A DNA stretch of 64,000 nt from Alphaproteobacteria bacterium. Lineage in GTDB: Bacteria > Pseudomonadota > Alphaproteobacteria > UBA828. Position numbers and translations under genes: made by a program. Positions 9,167 through 19,231 of the stretch are shown here, one piece after another. Under the pieces are notes generated by a model, which made no database searches, was not told the DNA's origin, and saw nothing but the letters and a program-made list of their open reading frames with translations. The stretch is from assembly GCA_965214705.1 (NCBI GenBank), contig OZ243972.1, positions 2,528,001 through 2,592,000 of the forward strand, given 5' to 3'. Position 1 is the first letter of the stretch. Every line of letters begins with the position of its first letter.

Positions 9167-10222
9167 CTAGGCCTGGGTTCCGCCGATCTTGATGCGGGGG
9201 TCCATCGCGAAGTGGATCAGGTCCACGGCGAGATAGACCAGCATCGTGAAGATCGCGGCGAAGCAGACGAAGCCCTGGATCGGCGCGTAATCGGCGGTGA
9301 CGATGCCGTTGATCGCGTACTGGCCGAGCCCGACGTAGTTGAACACCCGCTCGACCAGGACCGCGCCGCCGAGCAGGAACATCACCACCACGCCCGTGAT
9401 CACCAGCGTCGGGCCGGCGGCGACCCGCGCGGCGCGCGTGAGCACGATCCTGGGGGCAAGGCCCACGGCCTCCGCATAGGTCGTGTAGTCGGCCTTGAGC
9501 GCGCCTTCCATCTGGCTGCGCAGCATCTTGAAGATCGGCGCGCCGTAGACGAAGGCCAGCGTGAAGACCGGCATGATCAGGTGCATGAAGCCCGACCAGA
9601 AAATCTCGAAGTCGCCCGCGATCAGCGAGTCGATCAGGATCGAGCCGGTCACGAAGGGCGGCTCGAAGTCCAGGATGCCGAGCCGTCCCTCCGGCCCCGG
9701 CAATATCTCCGCCGGCATCAGCCCCGCGGCGCCCGCAAACAGGAAGAAGATCAGCACCAGGCCAAGCAGGAAGTCCGGCAGCGCGCCGGCCAGCATGCCG
9801 TAGCCGAAGGTGAGGTTCTGGAAGATCCGCACGATCCAGTTCCGGGTGCGGCTCGCGGTGATGATCGCGAGCGGAACCAGCACCACGAAGACGACGAGCA
9901 GCGCGAGGAAGATGAGCTCCAGGGTCACCGGAATGCGGTGAACCAGATCGTCGATCACCTCGGTGTTGTTGACCCAGGACTCGCCGAGATCGCCCTGAAA
10001 GGCGTTCTCCAGCCAGATCAGGTATTGCTCGGGGATCGGCCGGTCCAGGTACATCTTGGCACGTAGCGCCTCGACCGAGGATTCGGGCGCGAGCGGCCCA
10101 AGCGAAAGGCGCGCCGGATCGCCCGGCAGCAAGCGCACCAGCACGAAGGTGATGAACGAGATCAGAAAGACCTGGGGAATCAGGAAGAGAAAGCGGCGCC
10201 CGATATAGAGTGCGAGCCGCAT
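9167..10222 (-). CDS. Peptide/nickel ABC permease (DppB-like)
   Basis: LLPGDPA, LDRPIPEQY, GDLGESW, HLIMPVFTL, GAVLVERVF. Confidence 0.93.
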   Translation of the reverse strand: MRLALYIGRRFLFLIPQVFLISFITFVLVRLLPGDPARLSLGPLAPESSVEALRAKMYLDRPIPEQYLIWLENAFQGDLGESWVNNTEVIDDLVHRIPVTLELIFLALLVVFVVLVPLAIITASRTRNWIVRIFQNLTFGYGMLAGALPDFLLGLVLIFFLFAGAAGLMPAEILPGPEGRLGILDFEPPFVTGSILIDSLIAGDFEIFWSGFMHLIMPVFTLAFVYGAPIFKMLRSQMEGALKADYTTYAEAVGLAPRIVLTRAARVAAGPTLVITGVVVMFLLGGAVLVERVFNYVGLGQYAINGIVTADYAPIQGFVCFAAIFTMLVYLAVDLIHFAMDPRIKIGGTQA

Positions 10223-10299
10223 GGCCGCGCCCGCCTAGCCCGTGACGCCGCGCCCGGCGGACGCGTCACGCGCCGCCGAAGCCACGGGCCGGTACGAAA

Positions 10300-10332
10300 G
10301 CCGGGGCGGCGGGGGGAACCCGCCGCCCCGGC
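10300..10332 (-). terminator. GC-rich 14-bp stem-loop after the binding-protein gene (attenuator or mRNA stabiliser)
   Basis: GCCGGGGCGGCGGG / CCCGCCGCCCCGGC with 5-nt loop; followed by TTT on the minus strand. Confidence 0.6.
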
Positions 10333-10382
10333 CGGGCGCCTTCATCGGCGCTCGTCCCGAGGGACGCTCTACAGCAGCCCCA

Positions 10383-12050
10383 TCAGTCGGCGATGCTCAT
10401 TTCCGCCACGTGGTAGTACTGAGTTGTGTACCAGCGGAAGTTGCTGACCTTCCGCGAGAGGCCGACGGCGAAGTAGTGCTCGCCGATCCAGCCCAGCGGG
10501 GCCTGGTCGTGGATATGCTCCTGGATCCCGGCGTGCGCCGCAATGCGCGCCTCCGCATCCACCACGCCCTGGCCGTCCTGCAGCACCTGGTCGACCAGCG
10601 GGTCGGAGAAGTTGTGGTAGTTGACCAGCGCGTTGGTCGGCCACACCAGCTTCAGCGCGTAGTTGATGTCGGGCTGAATCGGCATGTCCGTCCACAGCGC
10701 GAGCGAGCCCTGCTTGCTCATCACGTTATCCGAGTTCGCAGCGGTCGGCAGCTTCCTCAGCGAGAGATTGATGCCGGCCTTCTTGAAGTCGCTCTGCAGC
10801 AGGACGCCGATCGATTCCATCGCCGCCACGGCCGCGTCGAACGAGAGCTCGGCGTCGAAGCCGTCGGGATAACCTGCCTCGGCGAGCAACGCCTTGGCCT
10901 TCTCCGGGTTGAAGTCGTACTTCATGTGCTGCTCGTAGCCCGGATAGGTGCTCGGCATCACGCCTTGCCACGCGTTCATCATGCCGTGGTAGATGTCGCG
11001 AATGATCGCCTCCTGGTTGATGAGGTGATTCATCGCCTGGCGCACCTTCACGTTGTCGTAGGGCGGCAGCGTGTTGTTGATCATCATCCACATGGATTGG
11101 TTGCCGCGTACCGCAACGCCGCGCGCATTCGGATCGTCAGCGAGCGCCACGATCTCGTCCGGCGACAGTCCCTCGGCCATGTGCACCTTGCCCTGCTTGA
11201 GCAGCGCGACGCGGTTGGCCGATTCCGGCACCACCAGATAGATGATGCGCTTGATCTCCGGCGCACCGCGCCAGTAGTTCTCGTTGGCCTCCATGACGAC
11301 CCGCTTGCCGGCGGTCCATTCGATCACCCGGTAGCCGCCGAAGCCGCCGCCGTTGGTCGCGACCCACTTGTCGCCCCAGGGGTCCTCCTCCGTGGCGTGG
11401 CTCATGATCTCGGTGCTATCGAGCCAGGCGTTGTAGTAGTTGGTCAGCCCCTTGCAGGCGAGCGGCATGGGCCGGGACGAAGTGAGCTCGACGGTATAAT
11501 CGTCGATCTTCGCGTAGCCGCCGCTCTCCGGCGGGTCGATGGTCTGACCCGGCATGCTGAGCAGGAACTCGAGGAAGTTGTTGATCGCCTGCGTGGCCTT
11601 GCCGCGCTCGATCCGCCAGAGCACGTCGTCGGCGGTGAACTCGTTGCCCCAGGGCGAGATCACGCCCTTGCGCAGGTGATAGACGGCGCGCAGGCCATCC
11701 GGCTCCATCTCGCACTTCTCGATGATGCCCGGCACCAGAGTCTTCTGGCCCATGTAGTCGGGATACATGAAGCCCGGAATAGTGGAGGGGTCCCAGGCGT
11801 CGCCGGTCGAGAAGGGGAAGTCGATCGACTCCCAATTCATCCCGTCCTCGAACACCTGCGCGCCCATGCTCCAGGTCTGCGGGCTCACATGCTTGTCGAG
11901 GTCGATGCCCTGCGGCAGGGCGCCGATGGCGATCACCATCGTGTCCTGATTTGCGGCGGCCGGCTTCGGCGGCGCCGCTGCCACCAGCGCGGCGAGCGCT
12001 GCCGTGGCCGCGACCGCGAGGCCGCGTCTTGTGATGTCACCCAAGGTCAT
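10383..12050 (-). CDS. Family 5 ABC substrate-binding protein, probable Tat signal
   Basis: ITRRGL twin-arginine N-terminus; LRKGV..FTADDV, ANENYWRG, KVRQAMNH, KAKALLAEAGY. Confidence 0.92.
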   Translation of the reverse strand: MTLGDITRRGLAVAATAALAALVAAAPPKPAAANQDTMVIAIGALPQGIDLDKHVSPQTWSMGAQVFEDGMNWESIDFPFSTGDAWDPSTIPGFMYPDYMGQKTLVPGIIEKCEMEPDGLRAVYHLRKGVISPWGNEFTADDVLWRIERGKATQAINNFLEFLLSMPGQTIDPPESGGYAKIDDYTVELTSSRPMPLACKGLTNYYNAWLDSTEIMSHATEEDPWGDKWVATNGGGFGGYRVIEWTAGKRVVMEANENYWRGAPEIKRIIYLVVPESANRVALLKQGKVHMAEGLSPDEIVALADDPNARGVAVRGNQSMWMMINNTLPPYDNVKVRQAMNHLINQEAIIRDIYHGMMNAWQGVMPSTYPGYEQHMKYDFNPEKAKALLAEAGYPDGFDAELSFDAAVAAMESIGVLLQSDFKKAGINLSLRKLPTAANSDNVMSKQGSLALWTDMPIQPDINYALKLVWPTNALVNYHNFSDPLVDQVLQDGQGVVDAEARIAAHAGIQEHIHDQAPLGWIGEHYFAVGLSRKVSNFRWYTTQYYHVAEMSIAD

Positions 12051-12218
12051 GTCGTCTCTCCTCAGTCTCCCTCTGCGCCGCAGGGTCGGCCCGCGCGCGC
12101 GGGTGCGCGCGTCGCGGCACGCGGCCGGATATTAGAAGAAAATTGAAACAAGCGCTCGTTCAAATTTTGCCGAGAGCGCATTCCGACGCCAGGCCCGCGA
12201 ATCGGGCGCAGCGATGCG

Positions 12219-13199
12219 CTACGCAGCACCGCGCGCGTCCGCCATCGAGGCCGCCACGTCGTCCCAGCGCCGGCAGGCGGAGTAGTGCACCGCCTCCACC
12301 TCCACCAGCGGCGGCACCGCGTCGCGGCAAGCGTCTTCGCGGATCGGGCAGCGGCCGTAGAGCGGGCACTCGGGCTTCGGGTTGATCGCCGTCGGAATCT
12401 CGCCCTCGATCACGTAGGGGTCGGGCCGGCGGTGCGGATCGGGGAACAGCACGGCGGAGAGCAGGGCGCGGCTATAAGGATGGCGCTGGCTCTCCATGAT
12501 GATCTCGGTCGGCGCGTGCTCGACGATGTGGCCGAGATACATGATCGCGATGCGATGGCTGATCTTCGCGACCGAGGTCAGGTCGTGGGAGATGAAGATG
12601 TAGGCGGTCTCGGTCTCGTTCTGGATCGCCTTGAGCAGATCCAGGATCTCGGCCCGCGCCGAGGGGTCGAGCATGGAGGTCGGCTCGTCGAGCATCACGA
12701 ACTCGGGCTCCGTGACTAGCGCGCGCGCGATCCCCACACGCTGTTGCTCGCTCGCGGTGAGGTCGGCCGGGTAGTAGGTGAAGACCTCGCTGCCGAGGCC
12801 CACGCGCTCCAGCATCGCGGCCACGCGGGGTCTGCGCTCGGCCCGCCCCACGCCGTGCAGCGCCAGCGGCTCGTCCACGGTTTGATAAACGGTGAGTCTG
12901 GGATTGAGGGAGCCGAAGGGGTCCTGGAAGACGAGCTGCATTCGCGCCCTGAGCGCCCTGAGCCCCGCCGGGTCGAGCTCGCTGATCTCCTGGTCGCCGA
13001 GGGCGATGCGCCCCTCGGTAGGCTCGATCAGGCGGAGTACGCAGCGGCCGACCGTGGTCTTGCCCGAGCCACTCTCGCCGACCAGGCCCAGCGTCTCGCC
13101 ACGCTCCAGCGTGAACGAGACGTTGTTGACCGCGATCAGGTCCTCGTCCTTGCCGACCGTGAATATCTTGGTCAGGTTTTCGACCGTGAGCAGCGCCAC
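12219..13199 (-). CDS. Peptide ABC ATPase (DppF/OppF-like)
   Basis: [38 protein letters not shown]-terminal Cys motif; signature divergent (LTASEQQR). Confidence 0.92.
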   Translation of the reverse strand: MALLTVENLTKIFTVGKDEDLIAVNNVSFTLERGETLGLVGESGSGKTTVGRCVLRLIEPTEGRIALGDQEISELDPAGLRALRARMQLVFQDPFGSLNPRLTVYQTVDEPLALHGVGRAERRPRVAAMLERVGLGSEVFTYYPADLTASEQQRVGIARALVTEPEFVMLDEPTSMLDPSARAEILDLLKAIQNETETAYIFISHDLTSVAKISHRIAIMYLGHIVEHAPTEIIMESQRHPYSRALLSAVLFPDPHRRPDPYVIEGEIPTAINPKPECPLYGRCPIREDACRDAVPPLVEVEAVHYSACRRWDDVAASMADARGAA

Positions 13200-13343
13200 C
13201 GCCCCTCGTCCCCCTGCGCGGCGCGCCGCTCTCGCCGCTCGGCCGTCTCCCTATCGTAACCACCGGGTGCGGGCAAGGGCGGCGCTGCGCTCGCTCCGGT
13301 TCGCCCTTTCAAGAACCGGGTGGTTCCGGCTAAGACGGCGCCC

Positions 13344-14123
13344 ATGACCGAGCAACCCTTCACTGCCGACGAGATGATGACCGTCGCCGCGGCGCGGCTC
13401 ATCGATAACGGCACGGTGTGCTTCGTGGGCATCGGCCTGCCGAGCGCCGCTGCCAACCTCGCCCGCGCCACCCACGCGCCGGACGCCGTGCTGATCTACG
13501 AGTCCGGCACCGTCGGCGCGAAGCCCGCCGTGCTTCCGCTCTCCATCGGCGACAACGAGCTCGCCGAGACCGCCGACTTCGTGGTCTCCACCGCGGAGAT
13601 CTTTCGTTACTGGCTGCAGGGTGGGCGCATCACGGTGGGCTTCCTCGGCGCAGCGCAGATCGACCGCTTCGGCAACATCAACACGACCGTGATCGGCGAT
13701 TACGCGCAGCCCAGGACCCGGCTGCCCGGCGCCGGCGGCGCACCGGAGATCGCCGGGCTCGCCGGCGAGGTCTTCATCATCATGCGCCAGTCGAAGCGCG
13801 GCTTCGTGGACAAGGTGGAGTTCGTGACCTCGGCCGGACACCTGACCGGCGGCGACTGGCGCGAGCGCTCGGGCCTCCCCGGCCGCGGGCCCAGCACGGT
13901 CATCACCGACCTCGGCGTGCTGGAACCCCATCCCGAGAGCCGCGAGCTGGTCCTCACCCACACCCATCCGGGTGTCGCACTCGACGATGTGGTGGCCGCC
14001 ACCGGCTGGCCGCTTGCGATCGCCGACAATCTCGCCGAGACCCCGGCACCGACGGCGGACGAGCTGGGCGCCCTGCGCGGGCTGCACGAGCGCACCGCAG
14101 CCGCGCGTGCGCTCGCAGGTTAA
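13344..14123 (+). CDS. CoA-transferase beta subunit (glutaconate / 3-oxoadipate CatJ-like)
   Basis: [44 protein letters not shown]. Confidence 0.88.
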   Translation: MTEQPFTADEMMTVAAARLIDNGTVCFVGIGLPSAAANLARATHAPDAVLIYESGTVGAKPAVLPLSIGDNELAETADFVVSTAEIFRYWLQGGRITVGFLGAAQIDRFGNINTTVIGDYAQPRTRLPGAGGAPEIAGLAGEVFIIMRQSKRGFVDKVEFVTSAGHLTGGDWRERSGLPGRGPSTVITDLGVLEPHPESRELVLTHTHPGVALDDVVAATGWPLAIADNLAETPAPTADELGALRGLHERTAAARALAG

Positions 14124-14137
14124 TCCGGCGGGGAAGA

Positions 14138-14803
14138 CTACGGAGCGAGCAGCGGGAGCGCCCGCAGCGCGGCGCAGGCGGCGCCATAGCCGTTGTCGAT
14201 GTTGACCACCATCACCCCCGGCGCACAGGAGGCGAGCATGGCCGCCATCGCGGTGGTTCCGCCCTTGGCGACGCCGTAGCCGGTGGACGTCGGCACCGCG
14301 ATCACCATGCCCGGCACCAGCCCGCCCACCACCGAGGGCAACGCGGCGTCCATGCCGGCAACCACGATGACGATGGGGAAGGCGCGGATCTCGTCGATCC
14401 GGTCCATCAGCCGCCAGAGGCCCGCGACCCCCACGTCGCCGATTTCTGCCGAAGAATGGCCGTGATAGGCGAGGGTGCGAGCGGCCTCATGGCATACCGG
14501 CTGGTCCGAGGTCCCGGCGGAGACGATCGCGACCCTCGGCGCCCCCGCAGGTGCGGCGACCGTGCCGAACACCCCGGTGCGCGACAGCGCCTCGTAGTCG
14601 ATGCGCTCAGCCAGCGCTGCAGGCAGGGCGTCGCGCTGGGCCGCGTCGAGGCGGGTCAGCAGCAGGCTCCGCTCCGCCTCCTCCGCACGCGCGAGGACGT
14701 CCGCCAGCTGCGCCGGCGTCTTGCCCGCACAGAGCACGGCCTCCTCGATGCCGATGCGCGCGCGGCGTTCCAGATCGAGGGTGATGGCGGTGGGCGTGCT
14801 CAC
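14138..14803 (-). CDS. larB: Nickel-pincer cofactor biosynthesis protein LarB
   Basis: LDLERRARIGIEEAVLCAGKT, AGTSD, DVGVAGLWRL, VAGMDAALPSVVGG, AVPTSTGYG, VVNIDNGYGAA. Confidence 0.93.
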   Translation of the reverse strand: MSTPTAITLDLERRARIGIEEAVLCAGKTPAQLADVLARAEEAERSLLLTRLDAAQRDALPAALAERIDYEALSRTGVFGTVAAPAGAPRVAIVSAGTSDQPVCHEAARTLAYHGHSSAEIGDVGVAGLWRLMDRIDEIRAFPIVIVVAGMDAALPSVVGGLVPGMVIAVPTSTGYGVAKGGTTAMAAMLASCAPGVMVVNIDNGYGAACAALRALPLLAP

Positions 14804-15630
14804 GCCGGGTGCGCGGGCCTCAGGAAGGCGCTGCCCACCCGGTAGGGCGCGAAGCTGACCGGCCGGGTCTCGTCGCCCGTGGCGAACATGCCGGCGACGG
14901 TGTCGCCGAGGGCGGCGCGGCGGCTCTCGCTCAGCGCATCGAGGGTCGGCGCGTCGAGCTCGATCACGATGCCGGCCTTGCGCCTGCGGCAGCGCACGGT
15001 CTCGGGCTCCAGCCGCCGCAGCTGGCGCGCAAGGTAACGCTCGGCGGCGTGGATCGAGGCGAGGTCGTCGGCCTCCACGCGCAGCCCGGTCTCGATGCGG
15101 CTGGAAAGGCAGGGCGCCGCCGGCAACCGCGACAGGTCGTCGAAGCCCAGATCCGCCGCGATGGCGCGGACCCCTGCCTTGTCGATGCCGGCCTCGACGA
15201 AGGGATGGCGCACGCCGTGTTCCTCGGCGGCCCTGAGCCCCGGCCGCCAGTCGCCCAGATCGTCCAGGTTCGTGCCGGAGAGCAGCGTGGCGTCGGTCCG
15301 CGCGGCGAGCGCGCCGTAGAGGTTTGTCTTGCAGTAGAAGCAGCGGTTGGCCGGGTTTGCGCGGTAGGCGGGGTCGTCGAACTCGCCCGCATCAAGGACC
15401 GTGAGCCGCCACCCCTCACGCGCGGCGAAGGCGCGCACCCGCTCGGTCGCCTCCGGCGGTACCGCCGGCGAGATGGCATGGAACATCGCGCTCTCCGCGC
15501 CCAAGCGGCGCCCGGCGAGCAGCGCCAGCGTCATGCTATCCACCCCGCCGCTGACCGCCACGGCCGCGCGGCCGATGCCGTCGAGCACAGCGCCCACCGC
15601 GTCGACACCGGGGAGCATCGGCTCAGCCAT
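14800..15630 (-). CDS. larE: LarE-like ATP-dependent sulfur insertase (PP-loop, CxxC...C type)
   Basis: SGGVDS, NRCFYCK, GTNLDDLGDWRPG, PCLSSRI; overlaps larB and larC. Confidence 0.88.
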   Translation of the reverse strand: MAEPMLPGVDAVGAVLDGIGRAAVAVSGGVDSMTLALLAGRRLGAESAMFHAISPAVPPEATERVRAFAAREGWRLTVLDAGEFDDPAYRANPANRCFYCKTNLYGALAARTDATLLSGTNLDDLGDWRPGLRAAEEHGVRHPFVEAGIDKAGVRAIAADLGFDDLSRLPAAPCLSSRIETGLRVEADDLASIHAAERYLARQLRRLEPETVRCRRRKAGIVIELDAPTLDALSESRRAALGDTVAGMFATGDETRPVSFAPYRVGSAFLRPAHPA

Positions 15631-16891
15631 TCTTGCCCCGCCCGAGCGCCGCCGCCTCCGCGCTGCGGCGCCGCACCTCGCGCACCGTGTGGCCCGCGCT
15701 GCCCGCGAGGTCGTCGAGCTCCGCCTTGGCGGTCACGGTGCCCGCCGGCCGGCGCGCGCGCTTCACCCGGACCGTGCCGAGCGCATCGGCATGGGTCGCC
15801 GTGTCCCGCGCAAGCGCGCTGCGGAAAACTTTGGACCAGCGCACGCCGAGCGTGGTGGTCTCGTCGAAGACCGCATCGAGCGCGCCGTCGAGCGCGTCTT
15901 CCTCGGCAAGCACCTGAATCGCAGCTACCAGGCGGCCCTTCTTGCCGTAGGCCGGCCACTGTAGGACATCGAGAATGCCCGGCCGCGCCCGCAGGCGGTC
16001 GAGGCCGAGCGCCAGGTCCTCGGGCGTCTGGTCGTCGATCTCGAAGCGCAGCACCGCGACCTGTTCCTGCTCGGCCACCGGCGCGATGGGTGCGAACTCC
16101 AGGACGCGCAACACGTTGCTGAGGCCCGGCAGGGTCCGGCTGCCGAAGCCGGTGCCGACACCCGCCAGCGTTTCCGGCTCCCCGGACGCCACCTGGGCCG
16201 GCTCGAGATGCTTCAGAATTGCCGCGCCGGTGGGCGTCACCCGCTCGCCCTCGATACCGTCGTCGTAGGTGGCGAGCCCCTGCAGAAGATGGACCACCGC
16301 GGGCGCCGGCACCGGCAGCAGGCCGTGGGCGCAGCGCACCCGGCCCGAGCCGAGAGGAATGGCGCCCACCGACCAGCGCGCCGGGCCCAACGCCTCGATC
16401 AAGTGCGCGGCGGCGACGATATCGACAGTCGAGTCCCAGGCACCTACCTCGTGGAAGGTGACTTCCGCCGGGTCCATCCCATGCACCGCGCCCTCGGCCT
16501 CGGCAAGCAGCGTGAAGATCGCGAGCGCTCGCTTGCGCATGGCAGGTTTGATGCGGGCGGCCTTCAGCCGCGCGCGCACATCCGCCAGCCGCACGTGGCC
16601 ATGGCCCTCGTCTTCGGGCGCCGTCACCGTGAAGCGCATGCCGGTGAGCGCTGCGTCCCCGCACGGGTCGATCGCGATCTCCACCGAGGGAGGCGGCTGG
16701 AGCGCAACGAGCGCACGCCACAATCCGTCGGCCAACTCCGGCCGGGCGTCGAGCAGCGCCGCGGCGAACATGTCGCCGGCGATGCCACCCACCGGATCCA
16801 GGTGAAAGCGGGGCAGGCGGGCGGGAGCGGCCGAGCCCTCCGATACGTCCGTATCCGCGTCCGTCGCTGCGGGGGGCGGAGCGTCGTCCAT
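15623..16891 (-). CDS. larC: LarC nickel insertase
   Basis: GIAGDMF, FHEVGAWDS, CAHGLLPVPAPA, VTPTGAAIL, IDDQTPE, TTLGVR; start at ATG 16891, the ORF-track extension overlaps the upstream gene. Confidence 0.9.
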   Translation of the reverse strand: MDDAPPPAATDADTDVSEGSAAPARLPRFHLDPVGGIAGDMFAAALLDARPELADGLWRALVALQPPPSVEIAIDPCGDAALTGMRFTVTAPEDEGHGHVRLADVRARLKAARIKPAMRKRALAIFTLLAEAEGAVHGMDPAEVTFHEVGAWDSTVDIVAAAHLIEALGPARWSVGAIPLGSGRVRCAHGLLPVPAPAVVHLLQGLATYDDGIEGERVTPTGAAILKHLEPAQVASGEPETLAGVGTGFGSRTLPGLSNVLRVLEFAPIAPVAEQEQVAVLRFEIDDQTPEDLALGLDRLRARPGILDVLQWPAYGKKGRLVAAIQVLAEEDALDGALDAVFDETTTLGVRWSKVFRSALARDTATHADALGTVRVKRARRPAGTVTAKAELDDLAGSAGHTVREVRRRSAEAAALGRGKNG

Positions 16892-16898
16892 GCGAGCG

Positions 16899-17690
16899 CT
16901 ACTCTCCCTTGAAGGCCGGCTTGCGTTTTTCGGCGAAGGAGGCCACGCCTTCCGCGAAGTCGGCCGATGAGCGCAGCCTACCATAGGCCTCGCCTTCGAG
17001 GGCGATGGCCACGCTGAGCGGCGCGTCCTCCGCCGCGTTGAGGAGCTTCTTCGCGGTGCGCTGGGCGAGCGGCGAGAAGGCCTTGAGCTCGTCCACCAGG
17101 GCATCGGTCGCGTCCGCAAGCCCGTCTTCGGGCACGCAGTCGAGCGCGATGCCCCAGGCGTGCGCCTCCGGGCCCGGCAGCCGCCTTGCCCGCATCACCA
17201 GGTCCTTGGTGCGTCCGATACCGATCATCCGCGCGAGCCGGGCCGAGCCGCCGGAGCCCGGAATCATGCCGATGCGCTGCTCCGGCAGGCCGAGCAGCGC
17301 GTTCTCGGTGACGATGCGAAAGTCGCAGGCGAGCGAAAGCTCGAAGGCGACGCCGAAGCAGTAGCCGTGGATCGCCGCGATCACCGGCTGGCAGCAACGC
17401 TCGGGCGCAGCCACGTTGCGCGCCAGCACCGCGAGCTGCTCCGGCGTGCGCGTCATGAAGCCCGGAATGTCGCCGCCGCTGGAGAAGTGCTTGCCCCGCG
17501 CCCGCAGCACGATCACGCGCACGCCTTCATCGGCGTCGAGCGCGGCGAAGACGGCGGCAAGCTGGTCCCGCTGCGGCATGCTCACGACGTTGAGCGGCGG
17601 GCGGTCGAGCACGATGTCGGCGCGCGCCGCCGCGCGGTCCACCTCCACGCGGAAGCCGTCGAGATCGTCGTAAGGACCACCGGTCGTCAC
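16899..17690 (-). CDS. hmfE: Enoyl-CoA hydratase-fold protein, HmfE-like (2-oxoglutaroyl-CoA hydrolase)
   Basis: LDGFRVE..RADIVLDRPPLNVVSMPQRDQL, FSSGGDI, LACDFRI, LPEQRIGMIPGSGGS; GTGA overlap with ligase stop; last gene of an A-B-C-D-E order. Confidence 0.78.
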   Translation of the reverse strand: MTTGGPYDDLDGFRVEVDRAAARADIVLDRPPLNVVSMPQRDQLAAVFAALDADEGVRVIVLRARGKHFSSGGDIPGFMTRTPEQLAVLARNVAAPERCCQPVIAAIHGYCFGVAFELSLACDFRIVTENALLGLPEQRIGMIPGSGGSARLARMIGIGRTKDLVMRARRLPGPEAHAWGIALDCVPEDGLADATDALVDELKAFSPLAQRTAKKLLNAAEDAPLSVAIALEGEAYGRLRSSADFAEGVASFAEKRKPAFKGE

Positions 17691-19231
17691 GCGCTTCTCC
17701 TGACCTCGGACTCTTCGTCTTCCTCGTACTCGCCCGCGATCAGCAGGCGGCGCAGCACCTTGCCTACCGGCGACTTCGGGATCGCGCGAACGAAGACGTA
17801 CGCGCGCGGCCGCTTGAAATCGGCCAGTGTCGAAGCGCGGCAGTGGGCGTCCAATGCCTCGGCATCTACCGGGCCGCTCCGCACCACGAAGGCCGCGACC
17901 TGTTGCCCCCAGCGCTCGTTCGCGAGCCCCGCCACCGCTGCTTCCGCCACCGCCGGGTGGACCGAGAGCACGCTCTCGATCTCGGCGGGCAGCACGTTCT
18001 CGCCGCCGGTGATGATCATGTCGTCGACCCGGCCCGTCACGAAAAGATCGCCGTCGGCGTCGCAATAGCCGACATCGCCGGTGAAATACCAGCCTTGCTT
18101 CAGCGCGCGGGCGTCCGCATCCGGCCGCTGCCAGTAGCCCGCGAAGGCCTCCTCGCTCTCCAGGCTCGCGATCACCTCGCCTTCCACGCCCGCGCCGACG
18201 GTACGCTCGGGATCGTCCGTGCCGATCTCCACCACGCGGATGCGCTGGTTGATGCCGGCCTTGCCCGCCGAGCCCGGCTTGGCCGCCGCGTTCTGGTCGA
18301 TGGTGAAGGAGTAGATCTCCGACGAGCCGTAGTGGTTGACGAAGAGCTCGGGCCGGAAGGCGCTTTCGGCCCGACGCAGCAGTCCCTCGGCCATCGGAGC
18401 CCCGGCGAAACCCAATTTGCGCGCCGAGGAGACATCTGCGCTGGCGAACTCCGGGCTTTCCAGCAGGTCGTAGTAGAGCGTCGGCACCAGATAGAGGCAG
18501 GTTAGCCGCTCGGCCTCGATCAGCCGGAGCGCGCCGGCCGCATCAAAGCGGTGCTGGCAGACGAAGGCGCCACCCACCGGCGCCATCGCGAGCAGCGAGC
18601 GCACGCCCATGGTGTGGTAGAGCGGCATCACGCCCAGGGTGCGCTCGCCCGGGCGGTAGCAATTCTGCGCGATGTGGGCCAGCGCCGCCGCGCGCTCTGC
18701 GCGATGCGTGCGCGGCACGCCCTTGCCGCGCCCGGTGGTGCCGGAGGTGTAGAGCATGAGCGAGAGGTCGTTCTCGCTGGCATTAGGTGCGGACTCCGCC
18801 GGCGCCGTCAGCAGCTCGCCGAAATCGACCGTGCCTCCGGTCGCGTCGCCGGCCGCGATGCGGCGCAGTCGGGCCGAGCGGGTGGAACCCGCGACGGCAT
18901 CGACGGCGGACTCGTCGAAGGCCAGCGCTGCCGCGCCCGAATCCTCCAGAAAGTAATCCAGCTCGTCGGCGGTGCTCCGCCAGTTGAGCGGCACCACGAC
19001 AACGCCCGCAAGCTGGCAGGCCCAGTGCAGTGCCGCCATCTGCCACCGGTTCTGCATGATGACTGCGAGCCGGTCGCCGCGCCCGAGCCCCAGGCCGCCG
19101 AGGCCCGCGGCGAGGCGCGCGGCCGTATCGAGCCACGCGGCGTAATCGAAGCGCCGCGCGCCATCGACGACGGCGAGCGCACGCGGGTTCCGCTCCGCCG
19201 CCGCGATTAACGTGCGGCCCAGGTCGGTCAT
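17687..19231 (-). CDS. hmfD: Aryl-CoA ligase, HmfD-like (2-furoate-CoA ligase)
   Basis: YTSGTTGRGKG, MPLYH, YGSSE, TGD, GRVDDMIITGGENV, PKSPVGK; resembles 4-chlorobenzoate-CoA ligase; gene order. Confidence 0.78.
   Translation of the reverse strand: MTDLGRTLIAAAERNPRALAVVDGARRFDYAAWLDTAARLAAGLGGLGLGRGDRLAVIMQNRWQMAALHWACQLAGVVVVPLNWRSTADELDYFLEDSGAAALAFDESAVDAVAGSTRSARLRRIAAGDATGGTVDFGELLTAPAESAPNASENDLSLMLYTSGTTGRGKGVPRTHRAERAAALAHIAQNCYRPGERTLGVMPLYHTMGVRSLLAMAPVGGAFVCQHRFDAAGALRLIEAERLTCLYLVPTLYYDLLESPEFASADVSSARKLGFAGAPMAEGLLRRAESAFRPELFVNHYGSSEIYSFTIDQNAAAKPGSAGKAGINQRIRVVEIGTDDPERTVGAGVEGEVIASLESEEAFAGYWQRPDADARALKQGWYFTGDVGYCDADGDLFVTGRVDDMIITGGENVLPAEIESVLSVHPAVAEAAVAGLANERWGQQVAAFVVRSGPVDAEALDAHCRASTLADFKRPRAYVFVRAIPKSPVGKVLRRLLIAGEYEEDEESEVRRSA

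Noticed and set aside
8102-12146. Long + strand ORFs 8102-10066 (654 aa) and 10242-12146 (634 aa)
   Set aside because: Antisense shadows of ABC genes in high-GC DNA; no motifs
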